Source: a virus
Virus record (IMG/VR): IMGVR_UViG_3300021389_000014
Location: 1-64,000 of that record
Length of the DNA: 64,000 nucleotides
Direction: 5' to 3' (one strand)
In this document: piece by piece, positions 8,460 to 20,400 of the stretch
Layout: each line of letters starts with the position of its first letter
How positions within the stretch are numbered: position 1 is the stretch's first letter
Position numbers and translations under genes: made by a program
The notes under the pieces: model-generated
Seen by the model: the letters and a program-made list of their open reading frames with translations, nothing else
What the model was told of the DNA's origin: nothing
Databases searched by the model: none

Positions 8460-10826
8460 ATGCCATATTCTCCAAATCCATTAAACAGGTTTGCAACATA
8501 TTCTTACAGAATACGAATTTTTATGTATCCAGAATTAGTAACATCTTATGGTGACTATCAAACTGGTGTCATGGTTGCTGATAGCGCATCAACCGCAGAT
8601 TATAATATACAAAGCGTAGAACAGGTTCATCACCTTGGGTTCAATAATGCTAGACATGCGTTCACTAGTGAGTTTACTATACAAATAGCTGAAACAAATG
8701 GTATAACATTTTACCAAACATTGGCTGCTGCGGCAGGAATAACAGGAGTTAGCAATTTTATTTCAAATGCAAAATATGCAATTGAAATATCATTTCCTGG
8801 TCGTGATGATGGAAATGGTATAGGGACAGAAGGGCCATTTATAATACCCGTTATGTTCTTAAAGGTTGACACACAAATAACGGAGCGCGGTTCTTTATAC
8901 AATATAACTGCTGTTGAAATATCAACAAATAGCTACAGTTATAATCTAGGAAATATAAAAAGAACTGTTTCGTTTAATGCGTCTACCGTTGGTCAGGCTG
9001 TTGAAGAATTTCAAAGAGTTGTAAATCAACAAGAAGCTGCCGAATTAGAAACTAATGAAAACATGTTGTCTAGAAATGAATATATTTTTGAATTTGATTC
9101 TAGTGCCGCAGAATGGGCAGATTGGCCAATAGAATTTAATGAAGAAAATCCAGGAAGTGACGACGTTCTTAATACTAGACAGTTTCAAATTGTTGCCGGA
9201 TCATCCATTCAAGAATTTTTTACCAGAATAATGACCAATGCTGCGGAGTATAAATCTTATCCTGTTATAACTGGCGGATATTCTGCTCCAGACCCAGCGG
9301 GTTCTCCTAACAATTTTGATTTGAAAGTTCTTTATAAAATTATAGGAACTGAGGAAGATATTTTTTATGATCCTCTTGCTGGAAGATATACGAAAAAGGT
9401 TACTTACAGAATACGAAAGCATATATCGCCGGAATTGATTGTCAACAGTGAAGAAGTTTCCCATTATCAGAACAATCCCGCCGCGCAAACAACCAGAGTT
9501 CAGCATTTGCTTGGATTGGGTTTATTAAAAAAAAGATACGATTATCTTTATACTGGAAAAAACACAGAAGTTATTAATTTAGATATAAAGATAGAAAATA
9601 GTTACTATCTGATAAGCCCGCAAGCAAGCGGACAGATATTTTCTGCCAGACTTAGCGGCAATACTGCTCTATCAAGAACTAGAATTAATGAACAGAATTC
9701 AACAATTCAGCCAGAAGATAGAGGTTTTGGCATAACTGTTGATGCAAGACGACGCGCGGCAGACATTTCGGAAAGACTACTTGACACAACTCTTTCGGCA
9801 GATGAAAGAAGTTTGTTAATTTCAATGAGAAATTCTTATATATCTGAACTAGCAAGTGGACTGCCGCAAGGTCAATTTATGAGATACACGCATCTTAATG
9901 ATGCGGTAGAACAATCTGTAGTGAACGCTCCAGTCAATGATAATGACACGCAGGCTGTTTTAAGATTTGGTGCATCTATGCAAAATCTTTATAATAGCGG
10001 CGATCTGTTAGAAATAGAAATGCAGATACGTGGCGATCCGTATTGGCTTGGTCTTCCTAATTCTCTCTATGATCTTGGATTGCCTACGGATGCAGCCGAT
10101 TATGAGATGGGAGCAAATTATTTTTTCCTAAAAATAAATCTACCATCTCCGAATGGTCCGAGTAATGATTTTTTGATAACTGGATTATATCGTGTAATAA
10201 GTGTTATTAGTGAGTATAGAAATGGAAAATTTATTCAATATTTAAAAGCTTATCGCGATGTAATAATAAATACCGATACTGTTATTTCTACTTTAGAATC
10301 TGGCGATGGTGTTGCCCCAAATACCTCCCCGAATGCGCCACTTGACGGCTCTAGAACCTCTCCTAATGCGGGCAGTGCTAATCCCACTGTCACGGACCCA
10401 GCCGGATCAGGCAATCAAGGAGATGGTCTTAGCACAACGACAACCGGAGAACCTGTTGGAAACACTGGCGAAAATGGAAGACTACCAGTAGACAGTCTGA
10501 CACAAATAGCTCCTAATCATTATTTGAGAGAAGATGCAGCGGCTGCGTATGAAAGAATGGTATCAAGTGCTGCAGCAGACGGCATACGTTGGGGTATAAA
10601 AGATTCTTATAGAACATATGACGAACAAGTAATACTGGCAAACCGACTTGGATTATACAAAGACGGTGGGTTGGCTGCTGAACCCGGCCAAAGTAACCAT
10701 GGATGGGGTCTTGCCCTAGACTTAGACTTAGATTCACAGTCGCAGCAATGGATTAACCAGAACGCGGGAAATTATGGATTTAACACTATTTCCAGAGAAC
10801 CTTGGCACTGGGAATATAATGGATAA
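8460..10826 (+). CDS. Baseplate hub-like protein with C-terminal M15B (VanY-like) peptidase
   Basis: IRGDPYWL and GLYRVISV hub-type motifs; C-terminal SYRTYDEQ, SNHGWGLALD, EPWHWEY. Confidence 0.75.
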   Translation: MPYSPNPLNRFATYSYRIRIFMYPELVTSYGDYQTGVMVADSASTADYNIQSVEQVHHLGFNNARHAFTSEFTIQIAETNGITFYQTLAAAAGITGVSNFISNAKYAIEISFPGRDDGNGIGTEGPFIIPVMFLKVDTQITERGSLYNITAVEISTNSYSYNLGNIKRTVSFNASTVGQAVEEFQRVVNQQEAAELETNENMLSRNEYIFEFDSSAAEWADWPIEFNEENPGSDDVLNTRQFQIVAGSSIQEFFTRIMTNAAEYKSYPVITGGYSAPDPAGSPNNFDLKVLYKIIGTEEDIFYDPLAGRYTKKVTYRIRKHISPELIVNSEEVSHYQNNPAAQTTRVQHLLGLGLLKKRYDYLYTGKNTEVINLDIKIENSYYLISPQASGQIFSARLSGNTALSRTRINEQNSTIQPEDRGFGITVDARRRAADISERLLDTTLSADERSLLISMRNSYISELASGLPQGQFMRYTHLNDAVEQSVVNAPVNDNDTQAVLRFGASMQNLYNSGDLLEIEMQIRGDPYWLGLPNSLYDLGLPTDAADYEMGANYFFLKINLPSPNGPSNDFLITGLYRVISVISEYRNGKFIQYLKAYRDVIINTDTVISTLESGDGVAPNTSPNAPLDGSRTSPNAGSANPTVTDPAGSGNQGDGLSTTTTGEPVGNTGENGRLPVDSLTQIAPNHYLREDAAAAYERMVSSAAADGIRWGIKDSYRTYDEQVILANRLGLYKDGGLAAEPGQSNHGWGLALDLDLDSQSQQWINQNAGNYGFNTISREPWHWEYNG

Positions 10827-10838
10827 TAAGGAAATAAA

Positions 10839-13073
10839 ATGTCAATGAGGTCAGTTAACAGATTTCAAAAAAAAGTAAGACAACAATATAATCAAAATTT
10901 GATTAATATGGGGGTCACTATTCCGGCAGGGATATATCTCGGAGAAGTTACACAGAACAGTGATCCAGATTATCCAGATATGAGAGTGAAAGTTCACGTT
11001 TTTCGTTTACTTCCTGCTATAACTCCTCAAAATTCTAAAGAAGTAACCGACGATGAACCAGAATTGGGAAGTATTTGGTGCCAAAGAATGTCACCATTTG
11101 CTGCAAATACTGATGATTATTCTTATGGCATGATGGGTCCACCTCCTGAACCTGGAAATACCGTCATTGTTGCATATACTGGTGATTATGCTAGTGGAAT
11201 TATACTTGGTGTTTTGCCGGACCTTAAAAAGAACCAAGGTTTATTTACTGGCGGACAACCAGCAGCGGAAACGTCAGAAGGTATTAATCCTGCAAGTGAG
11301 CCAGATAGTCAAGGAAATCAAACTGCAATACCAGTTGTAGAAGGAACTGCTCCAGATTTATTAAAAGATGATCCTATGAGAAGACCATCTCAGCGATTTA
11401 ATCCAAGAAATACAAGCATTAGTGCAGCGGGAGGAAATCACGTTACTGTTAGTCCAGGTGATCGTGAAGATGGAACTGGCGCAGGTGTTAGAATGGGAAC
11501 AGGACGAGGTGCTCAATTGTTGATGGACAATCGTAGTGATACGATTTATATGAACAATGCTTCCGGAAATGGTTACATATCTATGGATACAAACGGTAAT
11601 ATAGATATGTATTGTGAGGGAACTTTTAGCGTACACGCGGTTGGTGGATTTAATTTTCACACCGATAACAGTTTTGTAATGCAGGCTGATGATGGAATTA
11701 ATATGAAATCTCTTGGCGGCAGTGGTGTAAAAATACAAGCTGCAGGAGGCAATTTGGATTTATCTATACTTAACGATGTTTATATAACTGCACAAGGTGG
11801 TGAGATACATGCCCTTGCTGGCAGTAATATAATAATGAAAGGTTCAAACATTCATCTGAACGGCCCCGATGCTACGCGTGCCACCCCGCCTACAGTTTCT
11901 TCCCAAATGGGAAACACTGGCGTAACTCAAAGCGTAAGTGGTCGTGTTCCAGAAGCAGAACCGTGGAGAGGGCATACGACATATAGTAGAGATGCTGACC
12001 AATCTGGTAACAGAAGTGAATATTCTACTGCACCTGGAGCGGGGATTGACCCAAGTCGTGTAGGAAATGAATATCCGCCAATACCAGAAAATTCTTCTAA
12101 TTTGGTATTTTGGCAAAACGGAGTAGATAGAAGAATTAGTCAACAATTATTTGATGCGCTTGAAAATATTGCTAGAGAATATGGAAAGGCATTAAAAATA
12201 ACAAAAGGTTATGTTATACCTTCTCGTTCTGGTGGAACTAGCAATGCAGATAATAGTTTGCATATGACTGGCCAAGCAGTAGACATTATTCATGCTGAAG
12301 GTAGACCGGAAATTTTACGAGATGAAGTTTTGCAAATTATAGAACTAGCTAAAAACAATGGTATAGGTGGTATAGGGGTTTACAATGATAGAAGACCAGA
12401 TGCTGCATTTGCAAACGAACTACATTTTGATTTAGGTCGTGAAAGAATTTGGGGAGAATGCGCTGATGGAACATTGCAATACGAATGTTTACCTACCGCT
12501 ATACAAAATGAGGCCAGTGAATTAGGATATGATCCAGAAATTCCGATAGAAGATGCTCGATTTGCAACAGGAAACGGAGCAGTCAATGTAGAAGATATAT
12601 CTGGTAATTCCAACGCAGAAAAATTGTATAATTATTTTGTAGAAGAAAGAGGCTATTCCCCGCAACAAGCTGCTGGTGCAGTTGGTAGTTTGATGGGAGA
12701 AAGTTATGAAAGACTAGACCCAACTGCGGTAAACAGTATAGGTGCAACTGGAATTGCGCAATGGCTTGGTCCAAGAAAAAATAATTTATATGAATTTTCG
12801 GCAAATCCAAACGCATTTGATCCTAATTCTTTTGATAGCACTTCTCCGCTAGACCCATTGTCTTTTGACACGCAATTGCAATTCTTAGATTGGGAATTAA
12901 ATAATGATTCTTACGAATCTAGAACAGACAGTCATATGGTTCAAGCTACCAATGCTGCGCAAGCCGCAGAAATATGGACTAGAATTTATGAGAGGCCATC
13001 GGCTGCGGAAATTTCTTCATCTTTGCCCACTAGACAACAATACGCCAACAACGTGTTAAGTTCCTTTTACTAA
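10839..13073 (+). CDS. Central spike (gp5/VgrG-like) with M15-type peptidase and phage-tail-lysozyme domains
   Basis: OB-fold-like N-terminus (RVKVHV, PEPGNTVIV); Gly-rich beta-helix repeats; SLHMTGQAVD...LHFD; AAGAVGSLMGES...GIAQWLGPR...YERP. Confidence 0.78.
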   Translation: MSMRSVNRFQKKVRQQYNQNLINMGVTIPAGIYLGEVTQNSDPDYPDMRVKVHVFRLLPAITPQNSKEVTDDEPELGSIWCQRMSPFAANTDDYSYGMMGPPPEPGNTVIVAYTGDYASGIILGVLPDLKKNQGLFTGGQPAAETSEGINPASEPDSQGNQTAIPVVEGTAPDLLKDDPMRRPSQRFNPRNTSISAAGGNHVTVSPGDREDGTGAGVRMGTGRGAQLLMDNRSDTIYMNNASGNGYISMDTNGNIDMYCEGTFSVHAVGGFNFHTDNSFVMQADDGINMKSLGGSGVKIQAAGGNLDLSILNDVYITAQGGEIHALAGSNIIMKGSNIHLNGPDATRATPPTVSSQMGNTGVTQSVSGRVPEAEPWRGHTTYSRDADQSGNRSEYSTAPGAGIDPSRVGNEYPPIPENSSNLVFWQNGVDRRISQQLFDALENIAREYGKALKITKGYVIPSRSGGTSNADNSLHMTGQAVDIIHAEGRPEILRDEVLQIIELAKNNGIGGIGVYNDRRPDAAFANELHFDLGRERIWGECADGTLQYECLPTAIQNEASELGYDPEIPIEDARFATGNGAVNVEDISGNSNAEKLYNYFVEERGYSPQQAAGAVGSLMGESYERLDPTAVNSIGATGIAQWLGPRKNNLYEFSANPNAFDPNSFDSTSPLDPLSFDTQLQFLDWELNNDSYESRTDSHMVQATNAAQAAEIWTRIYERPSAAEISSSLPTRQQYANNVLSSFY

Positions 13074-13093
13074 TAATATATGGAAAATAAAAT

Positions 13094-13828
13094 ATGATAA
13101 ACAAAAATGCGCCAATATCTGCAAGACTACAGTGGGAAACGTTTGTTATATCTGATTCGCACAGGGCAAATCTTCCGGTTGACAAAACCGTTTTGCAGAC
13201 AAGTGAAGATATGATAGAACTTATACTAGCAAATAACTATAGATATAGAATGTATAGATATTTGTCAGAAGAAGAAAAAACTTATAAAATAGGTTATGGC
13301 TATGGCGATTCGTCATTGCCATATGGCATGACTGAGGACGACGCATATGGCGAATGGATAAAAGAATTTAAGAAAAAAGAGGATCAATTTGCTAGGCAAC
13401 TCCCAATAAATTACTTATCACAATCTCAATTTGACGCACTAATGTCTCTTTATTTTACAACAGGAAATTGGAGATATATTCCTTCAAACACTGTTCCTGG
13501 CAGTTATGATATTCTTAATGCAGTAAAACTTGGAAACTGGGAAGCAGTAGCAAATATGATTTCAGATTGTCCTACAAACAGACATCAAAGATTTGTAGAA
13601 GCTAGAGTTATGATACTTGGGGATTATTCTACTCAAAGAACGAGAAGGTCTATTGCAATTGAGGGAATACAATTTGCACGTGCACAATATGGTGCAAATA
13701 AAATAACAGATTCTGTATCAAAAAAACAGGCAGAATTTGCATATTATCGTCAAACTGGGGGAGGATATTTGCCAAACACCCCTATGCTCAGAAAAATACA
13801 AATTAAAAGACAATATCCTCTAAGATAA
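13094..13828 (+). CDS. Lysozyme-fold (GH24-like) baseplate-associated protein, possibly inactive
   Basis: IGYG, LSQSQFDALMSL, R..EA motifs. Confidence 0.6.
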   Translation: MINKNAPISARLQWETFVISDSHRANLPVDKTVLQTSEDMIELILANNYRYRMYRYLSEEEKTYKIGYGYGDSSLPYGMTEDDAYGEWIKEFKKKEDQFARQLPINYLSQSQFDALMSLYFTTGNWRYIPSNTVPGSYDILNAVKLGNWEAVANMISDCPTNRHQRFVEARVMILGDYSTQRTRRSIAIEGIQFARAQYGANKITDSVSKKQAEFAYYRQTGGGYLPNTPMLRKIQIKRQYPLR

Positions 13829-13849
13829 AAATACCACTTTATTTTAGTG

Positions 13850-13856
13850 ATAAATA
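13850..13856 (+). promoter_or_regulatory. Late promoter ATAAATA, 5 nt before the gp25 ATG
   Basis: GATAAATA-AAGAT-ATG. Confidence 0.65.
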
Positions 13857-13861
13857 AAGAT

Positions 13862-14227
13862 ATGGAAAATAAATTTATTGGATATTCTACGATTGGTATT
13901 GAATTTGGAAGTGTCACATTGACTGATGTGAGTCTTGCTATTAGAGATTTGTACAATCATTTCTATACAAGAAAAGGTGAGAGGTTAGGTGAGCCAGATT
14001 TTGGTAGCATCTTGCCTCTTATGGTTTTTGAGCAATTGGATGATACGTCCATTTTTGCGATTGAACAGGACGTTAAAAACGTCATAAAATCAGACCCAAG
14101 ATGGGAATTTATTAGTATGTCTACAGAAACTGGTGAGAATAGTATCGTATGTGTCGTTCGTGTCAACTATGTAGAAAATGCAACCGCCCAAGAATTATAT
14201 CTAAGATATACAGCAGAAGAGAGTTAA
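13862..14227 (+). CDS. gp25: Baseplate wedge subunit gp25
   Basis: TRKGERLGEPDFGS...DPR; start placed at MENK. Confidence 0.88.
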   Translation: MENKFIGYSTIGIEFGSVTLTDVSLAIRDLYNHFYTRKGERLGEPDFGSILPLMVFEQLDDTSIFAIEQDVKNVIKSDPRWEFISMSTETGENSIVCVVRVNYVENATAQELYLRYTAEES

Positions 14228-14230
14228 AAT

Positions 14231-17200
14231 ATGTCACAGAGTGCAAGGCAGCGTAATTTATTTGCAGCAGAAGATTTTACCGTAGTTTACGATAGCTTTA
14301 AACAGGCCAACTTTAAGGCGTATGATTACGAAACTATAAAAACTGCGATGGTAGACTATATTAGAACAAACTATCCGGAAAATTTTAATGACTGGATTCG
14401 TTCTAGTGAATTTACGTCACTTATTGAACTTATGGCATTTCTTGGCCACAATCTGGCTTTCCGTAGTGATTTGGCAGTTAGAGAAAACTTTTTAAGCACC
14501 GCAGAGCGCCGTGACAGCGTTTTAAAAATTGCAGATTTTCTGGGATACAATCCCGCTCGCGCGTATCCAGCTACTGGTTTCTTAAAAATAAAGAGCATAA
14601 AAACAAATCAAAATGTGTACGGAGTTTCTGGAAAATCTCTAAAAGATGTTAAGGTTGAATTCCAAAATACCACCGATTCTGGATTTCAAAATTTTATGTT
14701 GGTAATTAATGAAGTATTGTCGTCATCTAATTTATTTGGCAAGCCATACGATAGTGTTGGCATAGATGACATAAGTAATGATTTATATTTGACGAATAAA
14801 GTTGCCACAGATAAAGTAGTTTATAGTTTCAAAGCATCGGTTGGTGGGGTAAAATATCCGTTTGAAATACATAATAGTGCCGCATCAGAAGAAAATAGTA
14901 CAATAGTAGAACCAAGCCCAAATCCAGCTAATGCATTTGCACTTTTGTATAAAAATGATAATAAAGGAATTGGTAGTAAAAATACTGGGTTTTTTGTTGG
15001 ATTTAAACAAGGAAGTCTACAATATACTGATTATACAATAGACAATCCAGTTTCAAATTTAAAAATTGATTTAAATGTAAACAATGTGAATGACACCGAT
15101 GTTTGGGTTCAAGCTATTGACGAGACTGGCACAGTAATTGAGACTTGGACTAAAGTTGATACGGTAAATGGCATTTCTCAAATATTTAATCCAAATAACC
15201 AAGATAGCAGAAAATTCTTTTCTGTAAAAACAATGGAAAATGATAATGTTAGTATAAATTTCGGAGATGGCGATTTTGCAGAAATACCAAAAGGGATAAT
15301 CCGTATATGGTATAGAACTAGTTTGAATCAATCTTATACGCTGAACCCAGACGACATTGGAATCATAAGCTTTAGTATCCCATATATCGGAAGTGACAAC
15401 AATCGTTATAATGCAACGTTTACACTAGAATTGCAAGAACCAGTTACAAATGCTTCTTCTCGTGAAACTTTGCAAACTATAAAAAATAAAGCCGGAAGAA
15501 TATTCAATACGCAAGACAGAATGGTAACGGCGGAGGATTATGCCACTTATCCTGTTTCTGTTTCGTCAAATATTATAAAAATAAAAAGTGTAAACAGAAC
15601 GCATAGCGGACATAGTAAATTTATTGATTTTAATGATCCTACCGCGACATATCAAAATGTTGATATTTTTAGCGACGACGGATATTTTTACACCGAAAAT
15701 ATCGTCACTAGGTCAACTATCCCAGAAAATTCAAATTTTAGTGTTTCGCAAATATTTGATGCTTATATAAGGAATATTCCGGCAGATGATGAGCTATTGA
15801 ATTTTTATTATAAGTATTATGAGCCTATAAACAAACCGGATTTAGATTTTTATGAATGGCAGCAAGTCACATTTGGTCCTTCTTCTAGTTCTGGATATTT
15901 TACAAAATTGGAAGAAAGTTCTAATGTTGTTAAAAGAGTTGGACCGTATGCAGACCGCGTATTGCTCGAGTCTATAACTGCAAATTCTATAATAGAGTTT
16001 ATTTTAGATGGTCATGACCCAATATGGGCAAGGGTCATAAGTGTGTATGAAGATGGATTGGGTCTGGAAGACAGCACTGGATATCCTACTGGTCTTGACA
16101 ACAAAGGAAATGGTTCAATAATGTTGTCAAAAACTGTTCCAGATGGATATTATATCAATCGTGTATTTCCGGCATTTTCTAAAAATTTTACAGAAAGTGA
16201 AAAAATCTCTATTTTGAAAAATCTTAATAGTAAAAATAATTTTGGATTACGATATAATAATATTGAAAATTCTTGGACTATCATTGGTCCAGAAAATCTT
16301 TTTCCATATACTCCTCTAATGCAAGATGATTTTAGTTTACAAAATGCAGGAGACGAGAGTTCTTCAAATTTAGACAATAGTTGGTTAATTCGCTTTGATT
16401 ATTCTGGAAATAAGTGGACTGTTCTTACTAGAAATTATCGTATTGTTTTTGGAAGCGAAGAAGCAGTGAGATTTTACAACGTAAAGGGAAACTATAAAAT
16501 TAATGGTTTTAATAAAAAATCAGACAAGGATAAAGTATCTATATTGAAATATAACACTTACCCAGACACCATGATGCCAACAAATAAAACAATAGATGTA
16601 TATGCTCACAGGTATTATACCGAGAATGGTGGCAATCAAGACGACCATAAAATAATAATGACTCTTTCTGATATAAACAATGATGGTTATCCAGATAACC
16701 CAGTTGCTCTTTCTGATTTTATAGGAACAAATATGATACCGATAGCCAAAAAGACGGACGGGATTATTGAATATCAAGTATATGATCCTACTTATACTCC
16801 AAATAAAAATGGAAGAAGCAATGTTGCATTTAAATGGACAAGGATTGCAGAGAGTGATAAAAGAATTGATCCATCAATAAGCAACGTGATAGATACATTC
16901 GTTTTAACTTCTGGATACGATAGAACATTTAGGTCTTGGGTTGCCAATAATCGTGACAAAAAATATTTGCCTGTCCCGCCTACATCTGGTGCTATTTCTA
17001 CGCAATTTGCAAATATCAATAGAAAAAAGAGTATAAGTGATAGTGTTATATATCATAGTGGAAAATATAAAATTATATTTGGAGAATTGGCTGATGTTGA
17101 ATATCAAGCAAAGTTTCGTGTAGTCAAATCTCCAGGAACAAGCTTAAATGACGGAGAAGTAAAGAGCCGAGTAGTTTCTGCAATCAGAGATTTTTTTGAT

Positions 17201-17443
17201 ATAAATAATTGGGATTTTGGTGAAATGTTTTATTTTACTGAGCTTTCATCTTATATACACAATAGATTATCTGGGTTTATTAGTAGCGTAGTTATTGTTC
17301 CTACCCAAGAAAGCAGTGTATTTGGTAATTTATTTGAATTGGCCCCAGAGACAGACGAATTGTTTTTGCCGGATGTAAGTATAGAAGATGTAGACATTGT
17401 TGATAGCTTTACAGAAGCAAATTTGAGACTTAGAAGGAATTAA
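14231..17443 (+). CDS. gp6: Baseplate wedge subunit gp6-like
   Basis: ENFLSTAERRDSV, FGDG, QDRMVTAEDY. Confidence 0.85.
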   Translation: MSQSARQRNLFAAEDFTVVYDSFKQANFKAYDYETIKTAMVDYIRTNYPENFNDWIRSSEFTSLIELMAFLGHNLAFRSDLAVRENFLSTAERRDSVLKIADFLGYNPARAYPATGFLKIKSIKTNQNVYGVSGKSLKDVKVEFQNTTDSGFQNFMLVINEVLSSSNLFGKPYDSVGIDDISNDLYLTNKVATDKVVYSFKASVGGVKYPFEIHNSAASEENSTIVEPSPNPANAFALLYKNDNKGIGSKNTGFFVGFKQGSLQYTDYTIDNPVSNLKIDLNVNNVNDTDVWVQAIDETGTVIETWTKVDTVNGISQIFNPNNQDSRKFFSVKTMENDNVSINFGDGDFAEIPKGIIRIWYRTSLNQSYTLNPDDIGIISFSIPYIGSDNNRYNATFTLELQEPVTNASSRETLQTIKNKAGRIFNTQDRMVTAEDYATYPVSVSSNIIKIKSVNRTHSGHSKFIDFNDPTATYQNVDIFSDDGYFYTENIVTRSTIPENSNFSVSQIFDAYIRNIPADDELLNFYYKYYEPINKPDLDFYEWQQVTFGPSSSSGYFTKLEESSNVVKRVGPYADRVLLESITANSIIEFILDGHDPIWARVISVYEDGLGLEDSTGYPTGLDNKGNGSIMLSKTVPDGYYINRVFPAFSKNFTESEKISILKNLNSKNNFGLRYNNIENSWTIIGPENLFPYTPLMQDDFSLQNAGDESSSNLDNSWLIRFDYSGNKWTVLTRNYRIVFGSEEAVRFYNVKGNYKINGFNKKSDKDKVSILKYNTYPDTMMPTNKTIDVYAHRYYTENGGNQDDHKIIMTLSDINNDGYPDNPVALSDFIGTNMIPIAKKTDGIIEYQVYDPTYTPNKNGRSNVAFKWTRIAESDKRIDPSISNVIDTFVLTSGYDRTFRSWVANNRDKKYLPVPPTSGAISTQFANINRKKSISDSVIYHSGKYKIIFGELADVEYQAKFRVVKSPGTSLNDGEVKSRVVSAIRDFFDINNWDFGEMFYFTELSSYIHNRLSGFISSVVIVPTQESSVFGNLFELAPETDELFLPDVSIEDVDIVDSFTEANLRLRRN

Positions 17444-17446
17444 TAG

Positions 17447-20400
17447 ATGAAGCCCGAAAATACAAAAAAAGTAGACAGAAATATACAAAGCGGAACCACA
17501 AAAATATTACAAGGTTCTAGAAATGTTACAGACTTTTTGCCTAATATTTTCAAAACCCCTACGAATAGAAAATTTTTAAATTCTACACTTGAAAATCTTT
17601 TCAGTTCTGGAACAACCGAAAATATAAATTCATACTGGGGCAAAGTTTCTGGGTCAACATTTGATTACGAAAATGACGTTTTTAATTCTGATACTACCTC
17701 TATTCGTCAAAATTATCAATTTGCTACTGGATTTAAAACTTCTGTAGATAGTCAGGAGGTTGCAACGTCTTATATAAATGCAATCCGTTCTCTTACAAGT
17801 AATGGATATGCCGTTGGTGATATGGACCGTTTGATGGCAGAGCAAGAATATATACTTGATCTTCCTATAAACAGTGACATGTTTGTAAATTACTTGAATT
17901 ATCATTGGCTTATAGATGATATGCCGGTATGCGTAATAGAACCGACCTCTTCTAATCCTATTGATATTGATAAAATTGTGAAAGTTAACTCTTACACTAC
18001 CCCAGTTCTTGAAAATGGAAAAACTCTTACCTTAGTAAATGGAATGAGAATTTCTTTTTCTGGAGTAAATGCAACTAGTAGTTCTGGGAATTATTTTGCA
18101 AATTCAATATATTTTGTTGAAGGAGTTGGTTCCGGTGAGATAACACTAGTAGAACAAATAGATCGGTTTGGAAAAAATGTATTTCCTCGTGCAGTCCCTT
18201 ATACGCCATATATTTATAGAGATGGATGGGATACCTCATTATTTGATTCGGTAGAATATGACGACAGTGTATATATAAATTTGTTAAAAGAGTATGTTGT
18301 TATGGACAGAATGTCCGATGACAAGAATGCTTGGTCGCGAATAAACAAATGGTATAGCATATATGCAATAACCGCCACCGCAGAATACAATGAATTTAGC
18401 ATATCATCTGTAATAAATGAAAAGACTTCGGCAAGAAGACCTATTATACAGTTTGACCCAAATATGGAATTGTATAATAGTGGGAAAAAATGGAAACTTG
18501 TTATAGACCATCATATTGAGGGAGTAACAGAAGCGGAAATTGAAGGAAATTCTCAATACTTCAATAATTATTATTATCTTGAAAATGGTGATAGAGTGCT
18601 GCTGACTGACAAAGATACTGATACATTTGGCGTATATGCCGTTACTGGTGTAGGAAGTAATATAAACTTGACTTCTATTACATCTAGTTTGGCATTCCAA
18701 AAAGACGATAAAATATATGTATCGCATTCGAACGTAGATGAGTTTATTGCAAACGAATTTTATTATGAATTTGGGAAATTGATTCGTGCACAGCAAAAGA
18801 CGCATAGAAGCGATTCTCCGTTATTTTCTTTATACGATTCAGGATCGAAATCTCTAAATAATTATAACGAAACGAATTTTGTAGGTAACGAAATATTTAA
18901 ATATAAAACAAGCGATACTTCTATTCTAGATCAAGAAACTGGACTGAACTTAGCATATGATTTAAATAATCCAGAAGCATACTCGTTTGACATTGCGATA
19001 GAAAGTAAAAAATATTTATATTCTAGTGAAAATGGAATCATAACCAATATTGACGGAGAATATTTTTTTAAAAAACATATTCATTCAGAACAATATGTTT
19101 CGGTATGGTCGCCAACGAAAGATGTTCAACGTTCAAAAGTCAATGAAGTCATAGTTGTTGAAAAAGACGGGCAGAACGTTTCTTATAATATATCTCCCAT
19201 TGAGCATCCAAATAGTTATATTGTTAAAATAAATCAAGACAATGCTATATGGTTTGAAAAAAAATACGGATATATATACAGCGATGGCGAAAAAAATCCT
19301 AATATAACACTTGTTCGGAACATGGATTATACAATAAATTATATATCAAACTACCAATCAGCAACTGGTATTTACTTGGATATTTTTGATCCATACGGAA
19401 ATGTTCCATCTGGGGTAACAATATCAAATGATAATACAAACGAAATTGCATTAAATGTTTCCGATAGTTACGAGTATGATACGCTAATATACAAAGCAAG
19501 TGGCTATGAATATTATGGTATTATTTTCTTGGTAGATTCTATTAAATCTTATGACGTTTTGTTAAATGGAAATTCTGCTACAGACACTGACTACGTTTAT
19601 CAAAATGGAACTATAAAGATAACTTCTTCTTTAAAAAAAGGAGACGTAGTGGAATTTTCATACTACACTGACCAAGCATCTGCCCCGCGTGATATTGCGT
19701 CTAGTTTTAAATATAATCCACTAAATGAGCCAGTATTTGAGTTGAATTCTACTGAAATAGCAGATCATATTATAAAACAAAATATAGAAAATCCGTTCTA
19801 CGACGGAGTGTTTGTCGGAGAAAATACATATTATAAATCTCCGAAAAACACCACTTATGGGGGAAATATCAGACAGCAAATATATTCTCCCGCGCCACAT
19901 TCTATATTTCATGCTAATGAAAATTACGATATTCTTACGTCTATTGATATTATCAAGACTGACTACGAAAACTTTAAAAATATATTTAAGTCCAAAGTAA
20001 CGCAACTTTGGAATAGAAATTCATTTGACAGTATTCGGGATTTGGTAGACGAAACATTGTCTCAAATTAATATAGGAAAGAACGAAACATTTTCATATGC
20101 TAGAAGCAATATGGCATACTATGACAACTTCGAAACATATACGCATAATGTAACGGATACCGATCTAACATTCGATATATCTTTTTTAAAAAATGCGTAT
20201 GGAAATAAAAAAACGAGTTACCAGCTTTGGATCATCACAGATGAATCGACCCAGCAAGAATGGGTTCCTTTAAAAGAAGATAAAGATTTTACATTAAATT
20301 TTGATTTAATAAAAATAAATCAAGAAATCCTCGGCTCTGCAACTAGTGCAACGGTAGAATTAAGATTGTATGATATGGAAGCAAAATCTTATATACCATA

